The notes under the pieces are model-generated. The model worked only from the letters and a program-made list of their open reading frames with translations. It ran no database searches and was not told the DNA's origin. Of a stretch of 64,000 nucleotides of DNA, positions 1 to 9,027 are shown in pieces. Positions within the stretch are counted from its first letter, which is position 1, and the number at the start of each line of letters is the position of its first letter. The DNA comes from Nitrospirota bacterium (GTDB lineage: Bacteria; Nitrospirota; Leptospirillia; Leptospirillales; Leptospirillaceae): the NCBI GenBank assembly GCA_021828375.1, contig JAKARS010000001.1, positions 27,822-91,821 on the forward strand, read 5' to 3'. The position numbers and the translations under genes are program-made.

Positions 1-2972
1 TGGGAGCGCGGATCTTTGCGGAGTTTCCCGGGGAGATCCGCTGGAACCGCTCCTTCGTCTCCTCCCTTCGCCGTCGGGGACGCCTCATGGTTCTGGGGCT
101 GGTCATGACATTGGGGATCTGGGTCGACAAGATCCTCTTCTGGTATGGGCCCGGCTCGGACCGGATCGTGGGGTACATCCATGTGAATCGGCTCTACGAC
201 ATCGCCATGTTCTTTTCGCTCTTGACGGTCATCCCCACGCTGGCCCTTTTCGTCTTCTACTTCGAGACCGGGTTCTACGAACACTACCGGGCGGTCTTCA
301 ACCTTCTTGAAGGGCGAAGACCGCTGGAGGAGGTCCTGGAGGCGAAGGATCGGATGGTGGCCTTCATCAAGCGGGGGCTGGGGTACATCCTGAAGATCCA
401 GGGGGCGGTGACCTTCATCGTGGTGCTGAACGGCCATGGGATCCTTTCCCTCTTTCATGCCGATCTTCTTGCTCTGCCGATCTTTCGCATGGGGGCCCTG
501 GGGGGATTGTGCCAGGTCATCCTCACCATCGAGTTCACGCTTCTTCTTTACTTCAACCAGCAGAAGATGGTGAGCGCCCTCGCCTGGGTGCTCCTTCTGT
601 CAAACGCCGGACTGACCTTTCTTCTCTGGGGCGTCAGCCCCCGGCTCGAAGGGATGGGATATCTGGCCGCATGCTTGATCTCGGCCCTCTATGGCTATTA
701 TCTGGTGGACCGGGGGGTCTACGACTTCGAGTTCACGGTCTTCATGAAGCCGCCCGATGAAAGGCTCCATGAGGAGGGTCCGGAGGCAGCGGAGGAGTTG
801 GTGCTTCCCCCGAGCTCACCCGCCGGAGAGAGGGGGCGGGCGATGGTGGCGGGGCTTCTCGTTTTGGGGATCCTGACGGGGCTCTCTCCCTCCCTGTCTC
901 ACGCCGCCGGGAGCCAGGAAGGAAGGGGAAGCCCCTCCTTACACGGGGAGCCGATCCATCGCACATGCTACGTCCTCTACTACGGTCCCCGAAAGGAGAC
1001 GGACGATGCCAACAACTTCCGGGCCTACTGGGAGTTCCCCCTCAACTATCTGGGCTTCGATGCCGTCTATCGGAAGATGACCCGGGGTTTCCCCGATCCA
1101 TCGTCATTGACGGGATACCGGGCCGTCTTCCTGCAGATCGACCGGAACCCCCTCCCGGACTCCCTGGCGTTCTGGCGCTTTGTCTCGGGGCTCCTCGACA
1201 GAAAGATCCCCGTTGCGATCCTCGAGGACTTCCCGGAGCGGTCGAAGGCCGACCCGAACTACGAGGCCGCCGGCCTTCTTCGGGACCGGGTCCTTCTTCG
1301 CATGGGCCTCAAACGCGAGGGGGTCTGGGACACCAACCCCTTCGATCTGGATTATGGCCATCGGGACCCGGGGATGGAGGGCTTCGAGTATCCTCTTCCC
1401 CTCACGCCGGCGGCCTTTCGTCCGCTGGTGAGCCTCTCGCCGGAAAACCGGATTTTCCTGGGAGTGAAGAGCAACGAGGCAAGGAATGAAGGGCTGGAAA
1501 GCCCCTACGGAATGCTGGCCCCCTGGGGGGGGATGGTCTTCGACCCCTTCATGATCCGCTGGCCCTCGCTCGATGCCGAGCATACCCTCTGGTTCGTCGA
1601 TCCCTTCCGCTTTCTGGAGAGCGTCCTTCACTGTCGGGAGCTCCCCCGGATGGACCTCACGACCCTCAACGGCAACCGGATCTTCTACAGCCAGGTCGAC
1701 GGGGATGCCTTCGAGACCCTCTCCCATTACAGGCGTCGGCGGATGGCGGCGGAGGTCCTCTACCGGGAAATCTTCCGCCCCACCCCCTTGCCCTTTACCG
1801 TCTCGGTCATCACAAGCCAGATCGACCCGGCGGTGCAGGGATCCCGGGCGCGGGTCTATTGGGCCCGAAAGATCTTTTCCCTGCCCAATGTCGAGGCAGG
1901 CTCCCACACCTTCAGCCACCCCTTTTACTGGGTGCCGACCAAAAAACAGAAGGATGAGGGGCCGATCCACATCGAGATCCCCCACTATCGTCTGAACCTG
2001 AAGACGGAGATCCGGGGCTCGATCGACTATATCAACCGGCACCTTCTTCCTCCGGGAAAGACCGTCCGCCTTCTGCAGTGGAGCGGAGACACCCGACCGG
2101 GCCCCGAGGCTCTCCGGGAGCTTGTGGGAACAGGCGTCGACAACCTCAACGGGTCGGATACCCGATTCGACGACAATGCCCCCTCCTACACCTTCGTCTT
2201 CCCGTATTTTCGCCGGGTCGGCCCCTACCTCCAGTACTTCAACAGCGACGTGAACGACTACATCCTGACCAATGACTGGAAGGGGCCCTATTACGGCTAC
2301 CTGAACGTCACCAAAACCTTTCTCCGCACCGACCGCCCCCGACGTGTCGACCCCATCGATGTCTATTTCCACTTTTATGCCGGCCAGCGCGAGTCCGCGC
2401 TCAACGCCCTCCGTCAGGTTCTGGCGTGGGTGCAGCGCCAACAGATCGCCCCGCTTTTTTCGTCGCAGTTTGTGGCGGTGGAAAAGGGATACATCGGGGC
2501 CCGCTTCGACCGCCTGAAAGCCGGACGAAGGACGCTCTATCGGCTCTCCGGATACGGGGCCGACACCACGGTGAGATTCGACCATGCGACGGCCCTCTAT
2601 CCCGATCTTTCCTGCTCCCGGGGGGTAATCGGCTACCGCCACCGGGAAGGGAGCCTCTATCTCTATCTTGTCCCGGGAGGAAGGGTCGCCAATCTGTGTC
2701 TGTCCAAAACTCCCCCGAAGGGAGTCCTGCTGTCCCGGGCGACGGGGGTTGTCTCGCCGGTGGGGCCCCTCTCCCCCCGCTCGCTCGCTTTCGTCTATAA
2801 TGGGTGGGTTCCCGCCGACCGGGTGGTCTGGAGAGGCCTCCTCCCCTCGACGGACTACTCCGTTGTGGGGGAGGGAAGTCCGGCCCGGCGGATCCTTCGG
2901 ACGGATGGCGCGGGGCGCCTCGTCCTCACCGGCCTCGGGTCAGGGTCTCTCTATCGGGTCACGGCGAAATAG
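1..2972 (+). CDS. 5'-truncated polytopic membrane protein (PelG-like, tentative) fused in frame to a ~700-aa extracytoplasmic polysaccharide-deacetylase-like domain
   Basis: Frame 3 is open from nt 3, so the N-terminus lies upstream of the window. The first ~230 aa are multi-TM hydrophobic. They are followed by an acidic/Pro linker, a signal-like hydrophobic segment (MVAGLLVLGILTGLSPSLSHAAG, ATG at 843), and a large soluble domain with NodB/CE4-like motifs (QVDGDAFE; HTFSHPFYW). Confidence 0.55.
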   Translation, partial: GARIFAEFPGEIRWNRSFVSSLRRRGRLMVLGLVMTLGIWVDKILFWYGPGSDRIVGYIHVNRLYDIAMFFSLLTVIPTLALFVFYFETGFYEHYRAVFNLLEGRRPLEEVLEAKDRMVAFIKRGLGYILKIQGAVTFIVVLNGHGILSLFHADLLALPIFRMGALGGLCQVILTIEFTLLLYFNQQKMVSALAWVLLLSNAGLTFLLWGVSPRLEGMGYLAACLISALYGYYLVDRGVYDFEFTVFMKPPDERLHEEGPEAAEELVLPPSSPAGERGRAMVAGLLVLGILTGLSPSLSHAAGSQEGRGSPSLHGEPIHRTCYVLYYGPRKETDDANNFRAYWEFPLNYLGFDAVYRKMTRGFPDPSSLTGYRAVFLQIDRNPLPDSLAFWRFVSGLLDRKIPVAILEDFPERSKADPNYEAAGLLRDRVLLRMGLKREGVWDTNPFDLDYGHRDPGMEGFEYPLPLTPAAFRPLVSLSPENRIFLGVKSNEARNEGLESPYGMLAPWGGMVFDPFMIRWPSLDAEHTLWFVDPFRFLESVLHCRELPRMDLTTLNGNRIFYSQVDGDAFETLSHYRRRRMAAEVLYREIFRPTPLPFTVSVITSQIDPAVQGSRARVYWARKIFSLPNVEAGSHTFSHPFYWVPTKKQKDEGPIHIEIPHYRLNLKTEIRGSIDYINRHLLPPGKTVRLLQWSGDTRPGPEALRELVGTGVDNLNGSDTRFDDNAPSYTFVFPYFRRVGPYLQYFNSDVNDYILTNDWKGPYYGYLNVTKTFLRTDRPRRVDPIDVYFHFYAGQRESALNALRQVLAWVQRQQIAPLFSSQFVAVEKGYIGARFDRLKAGRRTLYRLSGYGADTTVRFDHATALYPDLSCSRGVIGYRHREGSLYLYLVPGGRVANLCLSKTPPKGVLLSRATGVVSPVGPLSPRSLAFVYNGWVPADRVVWRGLLPSTDYSVVGEGSPARRILRTDGAGRLVLTGLGSGSLYRVTAK

Positions 2973-3067
2973 CGTAAGATGAATCGGACAAAGACAGGCG
3001 AAGGAAAATTGGGGGCCATGGGCCGGAGAGATCCGCGCCCCAACAACCTACTCATTGAGGAGTCGTC

Positions 3068-3655
3068 ATGACACAGACCTGCAAAATCCCGGGAGTCGGG
3101 GCAAGAGCCCTGCTCGTTCTGCTTCTTCTCGGAACGGGCAGCGCCCTTTCGGCCTGCTCCCTTTTTGAACCCTCTCCCCCCTTTACCCAATCCGAAACTG
3201 CCCAGGTTGACCGGGACATTGTATTTCGGGATGTCGACCACCACATGAAGTCGATGGAGGGACAGCGGGTGGTCTTGGGAGGAAAGATCGTCTCGGTGAA
3301 GCGGGGCACGCCTCTATCGCTCGTTTTTGTGCGGGAGTATCCTCTCGACCCGACCTTCCTCCCTGAAACCCATCAGCAGTCCCGGGGAGACTTTGCCATC
3401 GAGACCGACATCCCGCTTCCCAAGGACCGCTTCAAGCCCGGTCATACGGTAGAGGTGATCGGAACGATCCGGGCGCCCATGCGCGTCGTCATGGGACAAA
3501 ACAGCACCAAACGGATTCCCGTGATCCGGGCAGTTCACCTCCATGCCGAGGCCCCAGCTCCTCCGCCCGACCCCTACATGATGGATCCCGGCATGATGGA
3601 CCCGGGGATGATGGATCCTTACATGATGGGACCCATGATGCCCATGATGTGGTAG
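3068..3655 (+). CDS. Slp-family-like outer-membrane lipoprotein with a Met-rich C-terminal tail
   Basis: GAGGAG RBS lies 5 nt upstream. The signal peptide has a lipobox (LSAC|S). The core resembles Slp (GQRVVLGGKIVSV...YPLD...). The last 29 aa read PDPYMMDPGMMDPGMMDPYMMGPMMPMMW. Confidence 0.7.
   Translation: MTQTCKIPGVGARALLVLLLLGTGSALSACSLFEPSPPFTQSETAQVDRDIVFRDVDHHMKSMEGQRVVLGGKIVSVKRGTPLSLVFVREYPLDPTFLPETHQQSRGDFAIETDIPLPKDRFKPGHTVEVIGTIRAPMRVVMGQNSTKRIPVIRAVHLHAEAPAPPPDPYMMDPGMMDPGMMDPYMMGPMMPMMW
3578..3652 (+). repeat. In-frame 15-nt tandem repeat (ATGATGGAYCCNNNN x3, then degenerate 12/9/9-nt units) encoding the MMDPG/MMDPY motifs
   Basis: Read directly: atgatggatcccggc / atgatggacccgggg / atgatggatccttac / atgatgggaccc / atgatgccc / atgatgtgg. 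Confidence 0.85.
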
Positions 3656-3695
3656 GGGGACCCGTTTCCCCTTGAAATCCCGGCAGGGTGATGGC

Positions 3696-4166
3696 ATGAT
3701 TCCTTTCATGCCGACCCTCACGCCCTTCCGTGTCCGTTATTCGGAAACCGATGCCCAGAAACGGGCCCACCACTCCCACTATCCCGTCTGGTTCGAGATG
3801 GGACGGGCCGAGTATTGCCGGGCCAAAGGCTTTGACTATCGGGCGATGGAGGAGGGGGGGGTCTTTCTTGTGGTGGCCAAGCTCGAGTGTCGCTACACCG
3901 GAAGCCTTCGGTATGACGATCTGGCCGTCATCGAGACTCGCCTTGTGCGGGTGGGCCGCCGCATCCTGGAGTTTTCCTATCGGGTGACGGAGACCTCGTC
4001 GGGGGCGGTGGCAGCCCTGGGCTCCACGATCCTGGTTCCCGTCGACGAAGCCGGACGGGTTGTGTCATTGCCCGACGCCGTCTATGCGCTTCTTACGCCT
4101 TGTACCGAAGAGGAGCCGGCTCCGGTTCCCTCCCTGTCAGAGACCGCATTTCCTTCAGGCGGATAG
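3696..4166 (+). CDS. ybgC: YbgC/FadM-type acyl-CoA thioesterase (hotdog fold)
   Basis: FRVRYSETDAQKRAHHSHYPVWFEMGRAEYCRA... is typical of the 4HBT/YbgC family. The ORF opens at TTG 3672, but ATG 3696 is preferred. The last 10 nt overlap tRNA-Val. Confidence 0.8.
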   Translation: MIPFMPTLTPFRVRYSETDAQKRAHHSHYPVWFEMGRAEYCRAKGFDYRAMEEGGVFLVVAKLECRYTGSLRYDDLAVIETRLVRVGRRILEFSYRVTETSSGAVAALGSTILVPVDEAGRVVSLPDAVYALLTPCTEEEPAPVPSLSETAFPSGG

Positions 4167-4232
4167 CTCAGTCGGTAGAGCACAGCTCTTACACAGCTGT
4201 TGTCGCGGGTTCGATCCCCGCTCCGCCTACCA
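4157..4232 (+). tRNA. tRNA-Val (anticodon TAC)
   Basis: Cloverleaf folded by hand: acceptor AGGCGGA/TCCGCCT, anticodon loop CTTACAC, T-arm GCGGG-TTCGATC-CCCGC, CCA encoded. Confidence 0.93.
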
Positions 4233-4598
4233 TCCTATGATTTTTTTACCGTCCGGCAACGTCCGATCAAGAATGAGAAACCGTCCTCAGCCAGGTTTCA
4301 GCACAAACACGCTCTAACGCGATAGTTTTCGATGAGCTTGGTCCACTTTTTCCCTTTTGGGGGGAAGAGAGTTTCTCCCCCTTCCAGAGCGGGTCACCAA
4401 TCAAGAAAGGATGCCAGCAGAGAATTTCTCAGGATTCATTGACGGGGTGAAAAAAAAGGCGATATTCTCGAAAAATACCTGAAGCTCTCTCCGTATGTTT
4501 TGGTGAAGAGGGCCAACTGGCCCAACGTTCGGACCATCTTGGAATCCAGGTTTCCAAAATCCGGAGACCTCCTAAGGTCCAAATCCTGAGGAGGTAAG

Positions 4599-5588
4599 AT
4601 GAAGTGTCTTGTCACCAGCGCCCGTCCCTATGACCGTGAGGCCCTCGATCAGGCCAACGAGGGACGCCATGAGCTGACCTATGTTGAGGCCTCCTTGAGC
4701 CGGGAGACGGCCGGGATGGCTCGGGGCTTTGCCGCGGTGTGCCCCTTCGTGGACGACTGTCTCGATGCGGAGATGATCGACACTCTTTTCCAGGGGGGAA
4801 CCCGACTTCTGGCTCTTCGGAGCACCGGGTACAACCATGTGGATCTCTCTGCCGCCTCCCGACATGGGATGGCCGTCATGCGGGTGAAGGAGTATTCCCC
4901 CCAGTCTGTGGCGGAGTTTGCCGTGGGGATGATGCTGACGCTCAACCGCCGTTTGCATCGGACCTGGGCCCGGGTCAGGGACGGAAACTTTCTCCTCGAC
5001 GGCCTTCTGGGATTCGACATGTACGGAAAGACCGTAGGGATTCTGGGGACAGGACGGATCGGATTGGCCCTGGCCCGGATACTCAACGGGATGGGCTGCC
5101 GTCTTCTGGGGTTCGACAGTCGCCCGAATCCCGACTGTGAAGCCCTCGGAATGGCCTACCTTCCGCTCGAGGATCTCCTTCGGCAGAGTCAGATCGTGAG
5201 TCTCCACCTTCCCCTGAACGACACGACCTTCCATCTGATGAATGCGGCCCGTCTGGCCCTCCTCCCGCGCGGGGCCATGGTCATCAACACCAGCCGCGGC
5301 GGGCTTGTGGAGACCTCGGCCCTGATCGCGGCGCTCAAGTCGGGGCAGGTGGGATATGCCGGACTCGATGTCTATGAAGCGGAAGCCTCCCTCTACTTCC
5401 GGAACCATGCCGAGGAGGTCATTGCCGACGACAGCTTCGAGCGGCTCCTCTCCTTCCCCAATGTCCTGGTGACGGGCCATCAGGCCTTCTTTACCCGGGA
5501 GGCGCTGGACGTCATCGCCCGGACGACCATCGGCAACCTTTCGGATTTCGAGGCGGGGCGTTCCAGCGAGAACGTTCTGGCCCCTTAA
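4599..5588 (+). CDS. ldhA: D-lactate dehydrogenase / D-isomer-specific 2-hydroxyacid dehydrogenase
   Basis: 329 aa. It has the NAD-binding motif GILGTGRIGLALA and an overall LdhA-like sequence (GYNHVDL, TGHQAFFT). A GAGGAGG RBS is present. Confidence 0.85.
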   Translation: MKCLVTSARPYDREALDQANEGRHELTYVEASLSRETAGMARGFAAVCPFVDDCLDAEMIDTLFQGGTRLLALRSTGYNHVDLSAASRHGMAVMRVKEYSPQSVAEFAVGMMLTLNRRLHRTWARVRDGNFLLDGLLGFDMYGKTVGILGTGRIGLALARILNGMGCRLLGFDSRPNPDCEALGMAYLPLEDLLRQSQIVSLHLPLNDTTFHLMNAARLALLPRGAMVINTSRGGLVETSALIAALKSGQVGYAGLDVYEAEASLYFRNHAEEVIADDSFERLLSFPNVLVTGHQAFFTREALDVIARTTIGNLSDFEAGRSSENVLAP

Positions 5589-5612
5589 GGTTTCTCTTCC
5601 TTCCCCCCTTCG

Positions 5613-6449
5613 TCACGCCTTTTCCAAAGCTGAAATTCCAAAAGATCCGGCGATGAGACGAATCCCTTCCAGCGCACCCAGGGGAAGGGAGATGTCGTGA
5701 GGGCGGAAGGTCTCCGGCTCCCGGGGGTTGAGGCGAAGAAGCGGAACTCCCAGCGATTCTCCGAAGTGCCGGACGGTGGGAACGGCGGTACCGGCACCGA
5801 TTTCGATGACGGCCAGTCGGGAGCAGCTCTCCCGCCATGCCTGCCATCGGAGTGACTGTTCCCGGGTGCGTGCCGGGTTCCATCCCCCATCGCCAAACAT
5901 GAGAATGTTGGGTCGGGCGAGGCCGCCACAGGCAGGGCAGCGGGGAAGCTCGGAATGAAGGCGGACCCGTTGGGCATCGACCTCGGGAACAAGGCTGTCG
6001 GCGGACCAGATGAGTCCCCGGCAGTCGTTGAAGCATTGCAGGTGATGGATCGATCCGTGGCATTCCAGGACCCTGTCCTCGGGGTATCCGGCTTTGGTAA
6101 ACTGTCCGTCGACGTTGCTGGTGAAGACGAAGATCCCTCGGGGGACCCGGGAGGCGATCCGGAGGAGGAGGGAGAAGCCGTCATGGGGACGGGTCTTCCG
6201 ATACATCGTGAGCCGGTGCCCATAGAATCCCCAGGCCAGTCTCGGATCCCTTTCGAAGCTTTGGGGGGAGGCCATCTCTTCAAAGGAGAGGCGGGCCTGC
6301 CCCAGTGCCGGATAGGCCTTCCAGAAGCCCTGGGGGCCACGAAAGTCAGGAAGCCCGGAGTCAATTCCCATGCCGGCACCCGCCGTCAGGACAATGCCGT
6401 CGACATTGTCAAAAAATGATGCGAATGTCTGAGGTGAGGGGGAGGGCAT
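5613..6449 (-). CDS. Sir2-family NAD-dependent protein deacylase
   Basis: GAGMGIDSGLPDFRGPQGFW, TSNVDG, CHGS and Zn cysteines (C..C ... CPAC). Stand-alone, 278 aa. Confidence 0.85.
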   Translation of the reverse strand: MPSPSPQTFASFFDNVDGIVLTAGAGMGIDSGLPDFRGPQGFWKAYPALGQARLSFEEMASPQSFERDPRLAWGFYGHRLTMYRKTRPHDGFSLLLRIASRVPRGIFVFTSNVDGQFTKAGYPEDRVLECHGSIHHLQCFNDCRGLIWSADSLVPEVDAQRVRLHSELPRCPACGGLARPNILMFGDGGWNPARTREQSLRWQAWRESCSRLAVIEIGAGTAVPTVRHFGESLGVPLLRLNPREPETFRPHDISLPLGALEGIRLIAGSFGISALEKA

Positions 6450-6658
6450 GGAGGCTCCCTGCGGGTCGCCATGGTCGGCATGATGGTGGGGCCCGGTCTC
6501 TCTCGGGAGGGACGGGACGATGGGTGAGGGGGCGAGAGGTGGCCCCTCGACCTCCCGGCATTGTCATGGCCTTTCCTGTTGTACTGTGGCGAAAAAGGGA
6601 AATCAACCGCCTTCACGCAGGCGTCACCCTGGCGGAGAAGCGAGAGGGACAATCAGGC

Positions 6659-7510
6659 ATGGGAAAGGAGCAGGAGTTGGCGAGAGGGGAGAGTCAGCGG
6701 GAGGGGATCCGTCACGGTTGGGAGAGGGCAGCTCCCTCCTACCGCGAGGGCTTTGGAAGGGCTCTGGCCGAAATCTCCCACGCCTTGGCCAACATGCTTC
6801 CCTCGCCCCCTCCGGAGCCGGTGCTTGACCTGGCGTGCGGTCCGGGGACAGCCATGGCGGCCGTTGATCGCCATCATGGACCTGTCCTGGCGGTGGGGTG
6901 CGACTTCTCCCATGCCATGGCGGGATTCGCCCGAAAGGTCATCGGCACGGGACATGGCGTGGTGGCCGACCAGGATCGCCTCCCCTTTGCTCCGGAAACG
7001 TTTGGGACGGTGGTCTCCTCCATGGGAACCATCTTTTCGAAAGATCCCGAGGCCCAGCTTTCCGGCATTTCCCTGATCCTGAAAAATGGAGGCCATTTTG
7101 CCTTCTCGGCATGGGGAGAGCCCCATGAAACCGCCCTCGGAGAGGTCTCCCGAAGGATCGTCGGCCTGTGGCCCTACCCGATGTCCCAGACGATGCCGCC
7201 CTTGGAGACGCCCTATTCCCGAGGGAGGAGCCCTTGGCTGGATCAGGCGGCGAGGAAGGCTCACCTTGACGTGCGTTCCGTGACCTCCCATTGGCTCGTT
7301 TTTCGTTTTGCCGACAGGATGGAGGCCGCCCGGTCCCTGTCCGGAACCGGGCGTCTGGCCCTTCTCACGGGGGGAGACCCGGAGAAGGAGCGGGAACTTT
7401 TTGAGATTGCCATGGAAGCCTTCCGTCCGCATGAGGATCCGCGAACGGGGCGGGTGGAGCTCTCCAATCGCTACCGTCTGTTCCATCTTGTTCGAACGTT
7501 CTTCCCGTGA
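6659..7510 (+). CDS. Class I SAM-dependent methyltransferase
   Basis: Motif I is VLDLACGPGTA. ATG 6659 was chosen because the longer ORF (from 6305) would overlap the divergent sirtuin gene. Confidence 0.65.
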   Translation: MGKEQELARGESQREGIRHGWERAAPSYREGFGRALAEISHALANMLPSPPPEPVLDLACGPGTAMAAVDRHHGPVLAVGCDFSHAMAGFARKVIGTGHGVVADQDRLPFAPETFGTVVSSMGTIFSKDPEAQLSGISLILKNGGHFAFSAWGEPHETALGEVSRRIVGLWPYPMSQTMPPLETPYSRGRSPWLDQAARKAHLDVRSVTSHWLVFRFADRMEAARSLSGTGRLALLTGGDPEKERELFEIAMEAFRPHEDPRTGRVELSNRYRLFHLVRTFFP

Positions 7511-8910
7511 GATCGATCGTCTGGTTTCGCCACAATCTGCGGCTTTCGGACAATCGCCCCCTCTCACTTGCCGCAAAGGAGGGGGGAGTCCTTCCGGTGT
7601 ATGTTCATGACCCCACCCTCTCCCTCTTCCCCGATGGGGCCCGCCAGAGGTGGCGAAAGCGGAGTCTCGTGGAGCTGGACCGCTCCCTGAGGGTGTGGGG
7701 AAACCGCCTTCATGTTTTTTCCGGGTCGTCTTCTGAGATTCTTTCCAGGGTGGCGGTTCGGGTTCGGGCAGAGAAGGTCTACGCCTTTCGGGGGCTGACG
7801 GGTGAGGATCGGGCCCTGGAAGAGCGTCTGGAAAGAGACCTGATGAATGCGGGGGTGGGGCTCCATTTGACGGGTTTTGACACCCTTTATCCTCCGGACC
7901 TTGCCGCGGAGGGGCGCTCCTCTCCCTGGAAAATCTTCACCCCCTACCATCGCTTTTGCCGCCAGGCCTTCCTGCCGGAGCTCCCCCTTCCTGCGCCGTC
8001 GAGGGTCGACCCCTTGCCTTCCCCTGGCCGTCTGGAGGGAGAAGAAAACGTCGGAGAGGCGGAGGAGGTCGTCGCTTTCGTCGGCTTTGAGCCTGGGGAA
8101 GCGGGCGCGACGTCCCGCCTTCAGGAGTTTCTTGAGGATTCACTCACAGGTTATGCCTCCCGGAGGGATTTTCCGGGAGAGGCCCCAACATCACGCCTCT
8201 CCCCCCATCTTGCCTCGGGAGAAATCAGCGTGCGGGAGATCGTCCACCGGCTTCAGGAATCCAACGCTCCCCGGAAAGATCGGGAAAAGTTCCTGGAGGA
8301 ATTGGGGTGGCGGGAGTTTTCCGCGCATCTCCTCTTTTTTCATCCCGAAATGCTGGGTGAGCCCCTCAAAAAAGAATGGGCCACCATGGAGTGGACGTCG
8401 GATGAGGCGGGATTTTTGGCCTGGAGAGAGGGACGCACAGGCGTTCCCTTTGTGGATGCAGGAATGAGGGAATTGTCGAAAACGGGCTGGATGCATAACC
8501 GTGTTCGGATGGTGGCGGCAAGCTTTCTTGTGAAAAACCTTGGGGTCTCCTGGCAGTCGGGAGCGCGATGGTTTGCGGAGACGCTCCTTGACTACGATCC
8601 GGCCAACAATGCGGCGTCATGGCAGTGGGTGGCCGGATGCGGGACCGATGCGGCACCGTTTTTCCGGATTTTCAACCCTGTCCTTCAGGGGCAGCGTTAC
8701 GATCCTCACGGCGATTATGTCCGCCGATTCCTCCCTGAGCTGACCGCTCTGTCCGACGCAGACATCCATGTGCCCCGAAAACGATCCTCCTCCCCCGCTT
8801 CGGAGCGTTCGGCGAGCCCAAATGGTTACCCGGAGCCGCTCGTCGACCTTTCCGAGAGTCGCGAGGCGGCTCTTCGTCGCTATCGGAGGCTGCGGGCATC
8901 CGTTCCCTAG
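7507..8910 (+). CDS. phrB: Deoxyribodipyrimidine photolyase
   Basis: IVWFRHNLRLSDNRPL at the N-terminus and an FAD-binding C-terminus (DYDPANNAASWQWVAGCGTDAAPFFRIFNP). The GTG start overlaps the upstream stop codon. Confidence 0.9.
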   Translation: MRSIVWFRHNLRLSDNRPLSLAAKEGGVLPVYVHDPTLSLFPDGARQRWRKRSLVELDRSLRVWGNRLHVFSGSSSEILSRVAVRVRAEKVYAFRGLTGEDRALEERLERDLMNAGVGLHLTGFDTLYPPDLAAEGRSSPWKIFTPYHRFCRQAFLPELPLPAPSRVDPLPSPGRLEGEENVGEAEEVVAFVGFEPGEAGATSRLQEFLEDSLTGYASRRDFPGEAPTSRLSPHLASGEISVREIVHRLQESNAPRKDREKFLEELGWREFSAHLLFFHPEMLGEPLKKEWATMEWTSDEAGFLAWREGRTGVPFVDAGMRELSKTGWMHNRVRMVAASFLVKNLGVSWQSGARWFAETLLDYDPANNAASWQWVAGCGTDAAPFFRIFNPVLQGQRYDPHGDYVRRFLPELTALSDADIHVPRKRSSSPASERSASPNGYPEPLVDLSESREAALRRYRRLRASVP

Positions 8911-9027
8911 GCCTGGCCGGGCCGTATGAATGGACCCTTTGAGGAGGGATGTGTTAGCGTTCTTGAAGGATGCCCTTTCTTCGGGGGATTATGTGATTTT
9001 GAGAGTCTTTGCGAATAAGGAGGGTGG

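Noticed and set aside
1104-2642. Long antisense or overlapping ORFs in the GC-rich left part. Examples are 1104-2642(-) at 512 aa, 4572-5480(-), 5585-6379(-), 6653-7576(-), 12670-13722(-) and 18059-18802(-).
   Set aside because: They lie opposite or out of frame to genes with clear family signatures. Their translations are low-complexity and Arg/Pro/Gly-rich. Stop codons are rare in roughly 60% GC DNA, so such ORFs are expected by chance.
5613-6449. The Sir2-domain protein as a possible anti-phage defence component.
   Set aside because: It is a stand-alone 278-aa protein with the Zn-binding cysteines of deacylase-type sirtuins. No HerA, TIR, helicase or other partner is adjacent, and its neighbours are metabolic genes.
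6305-6658. N-terminal 118-aa extension of the methyltransferase ORF.
   Set aside because: It would overlap the divergently transcribed sirtuin gene by about 145 nt, and the extension is low-complexity. The methyltransferase fold begins after ATG 6659.
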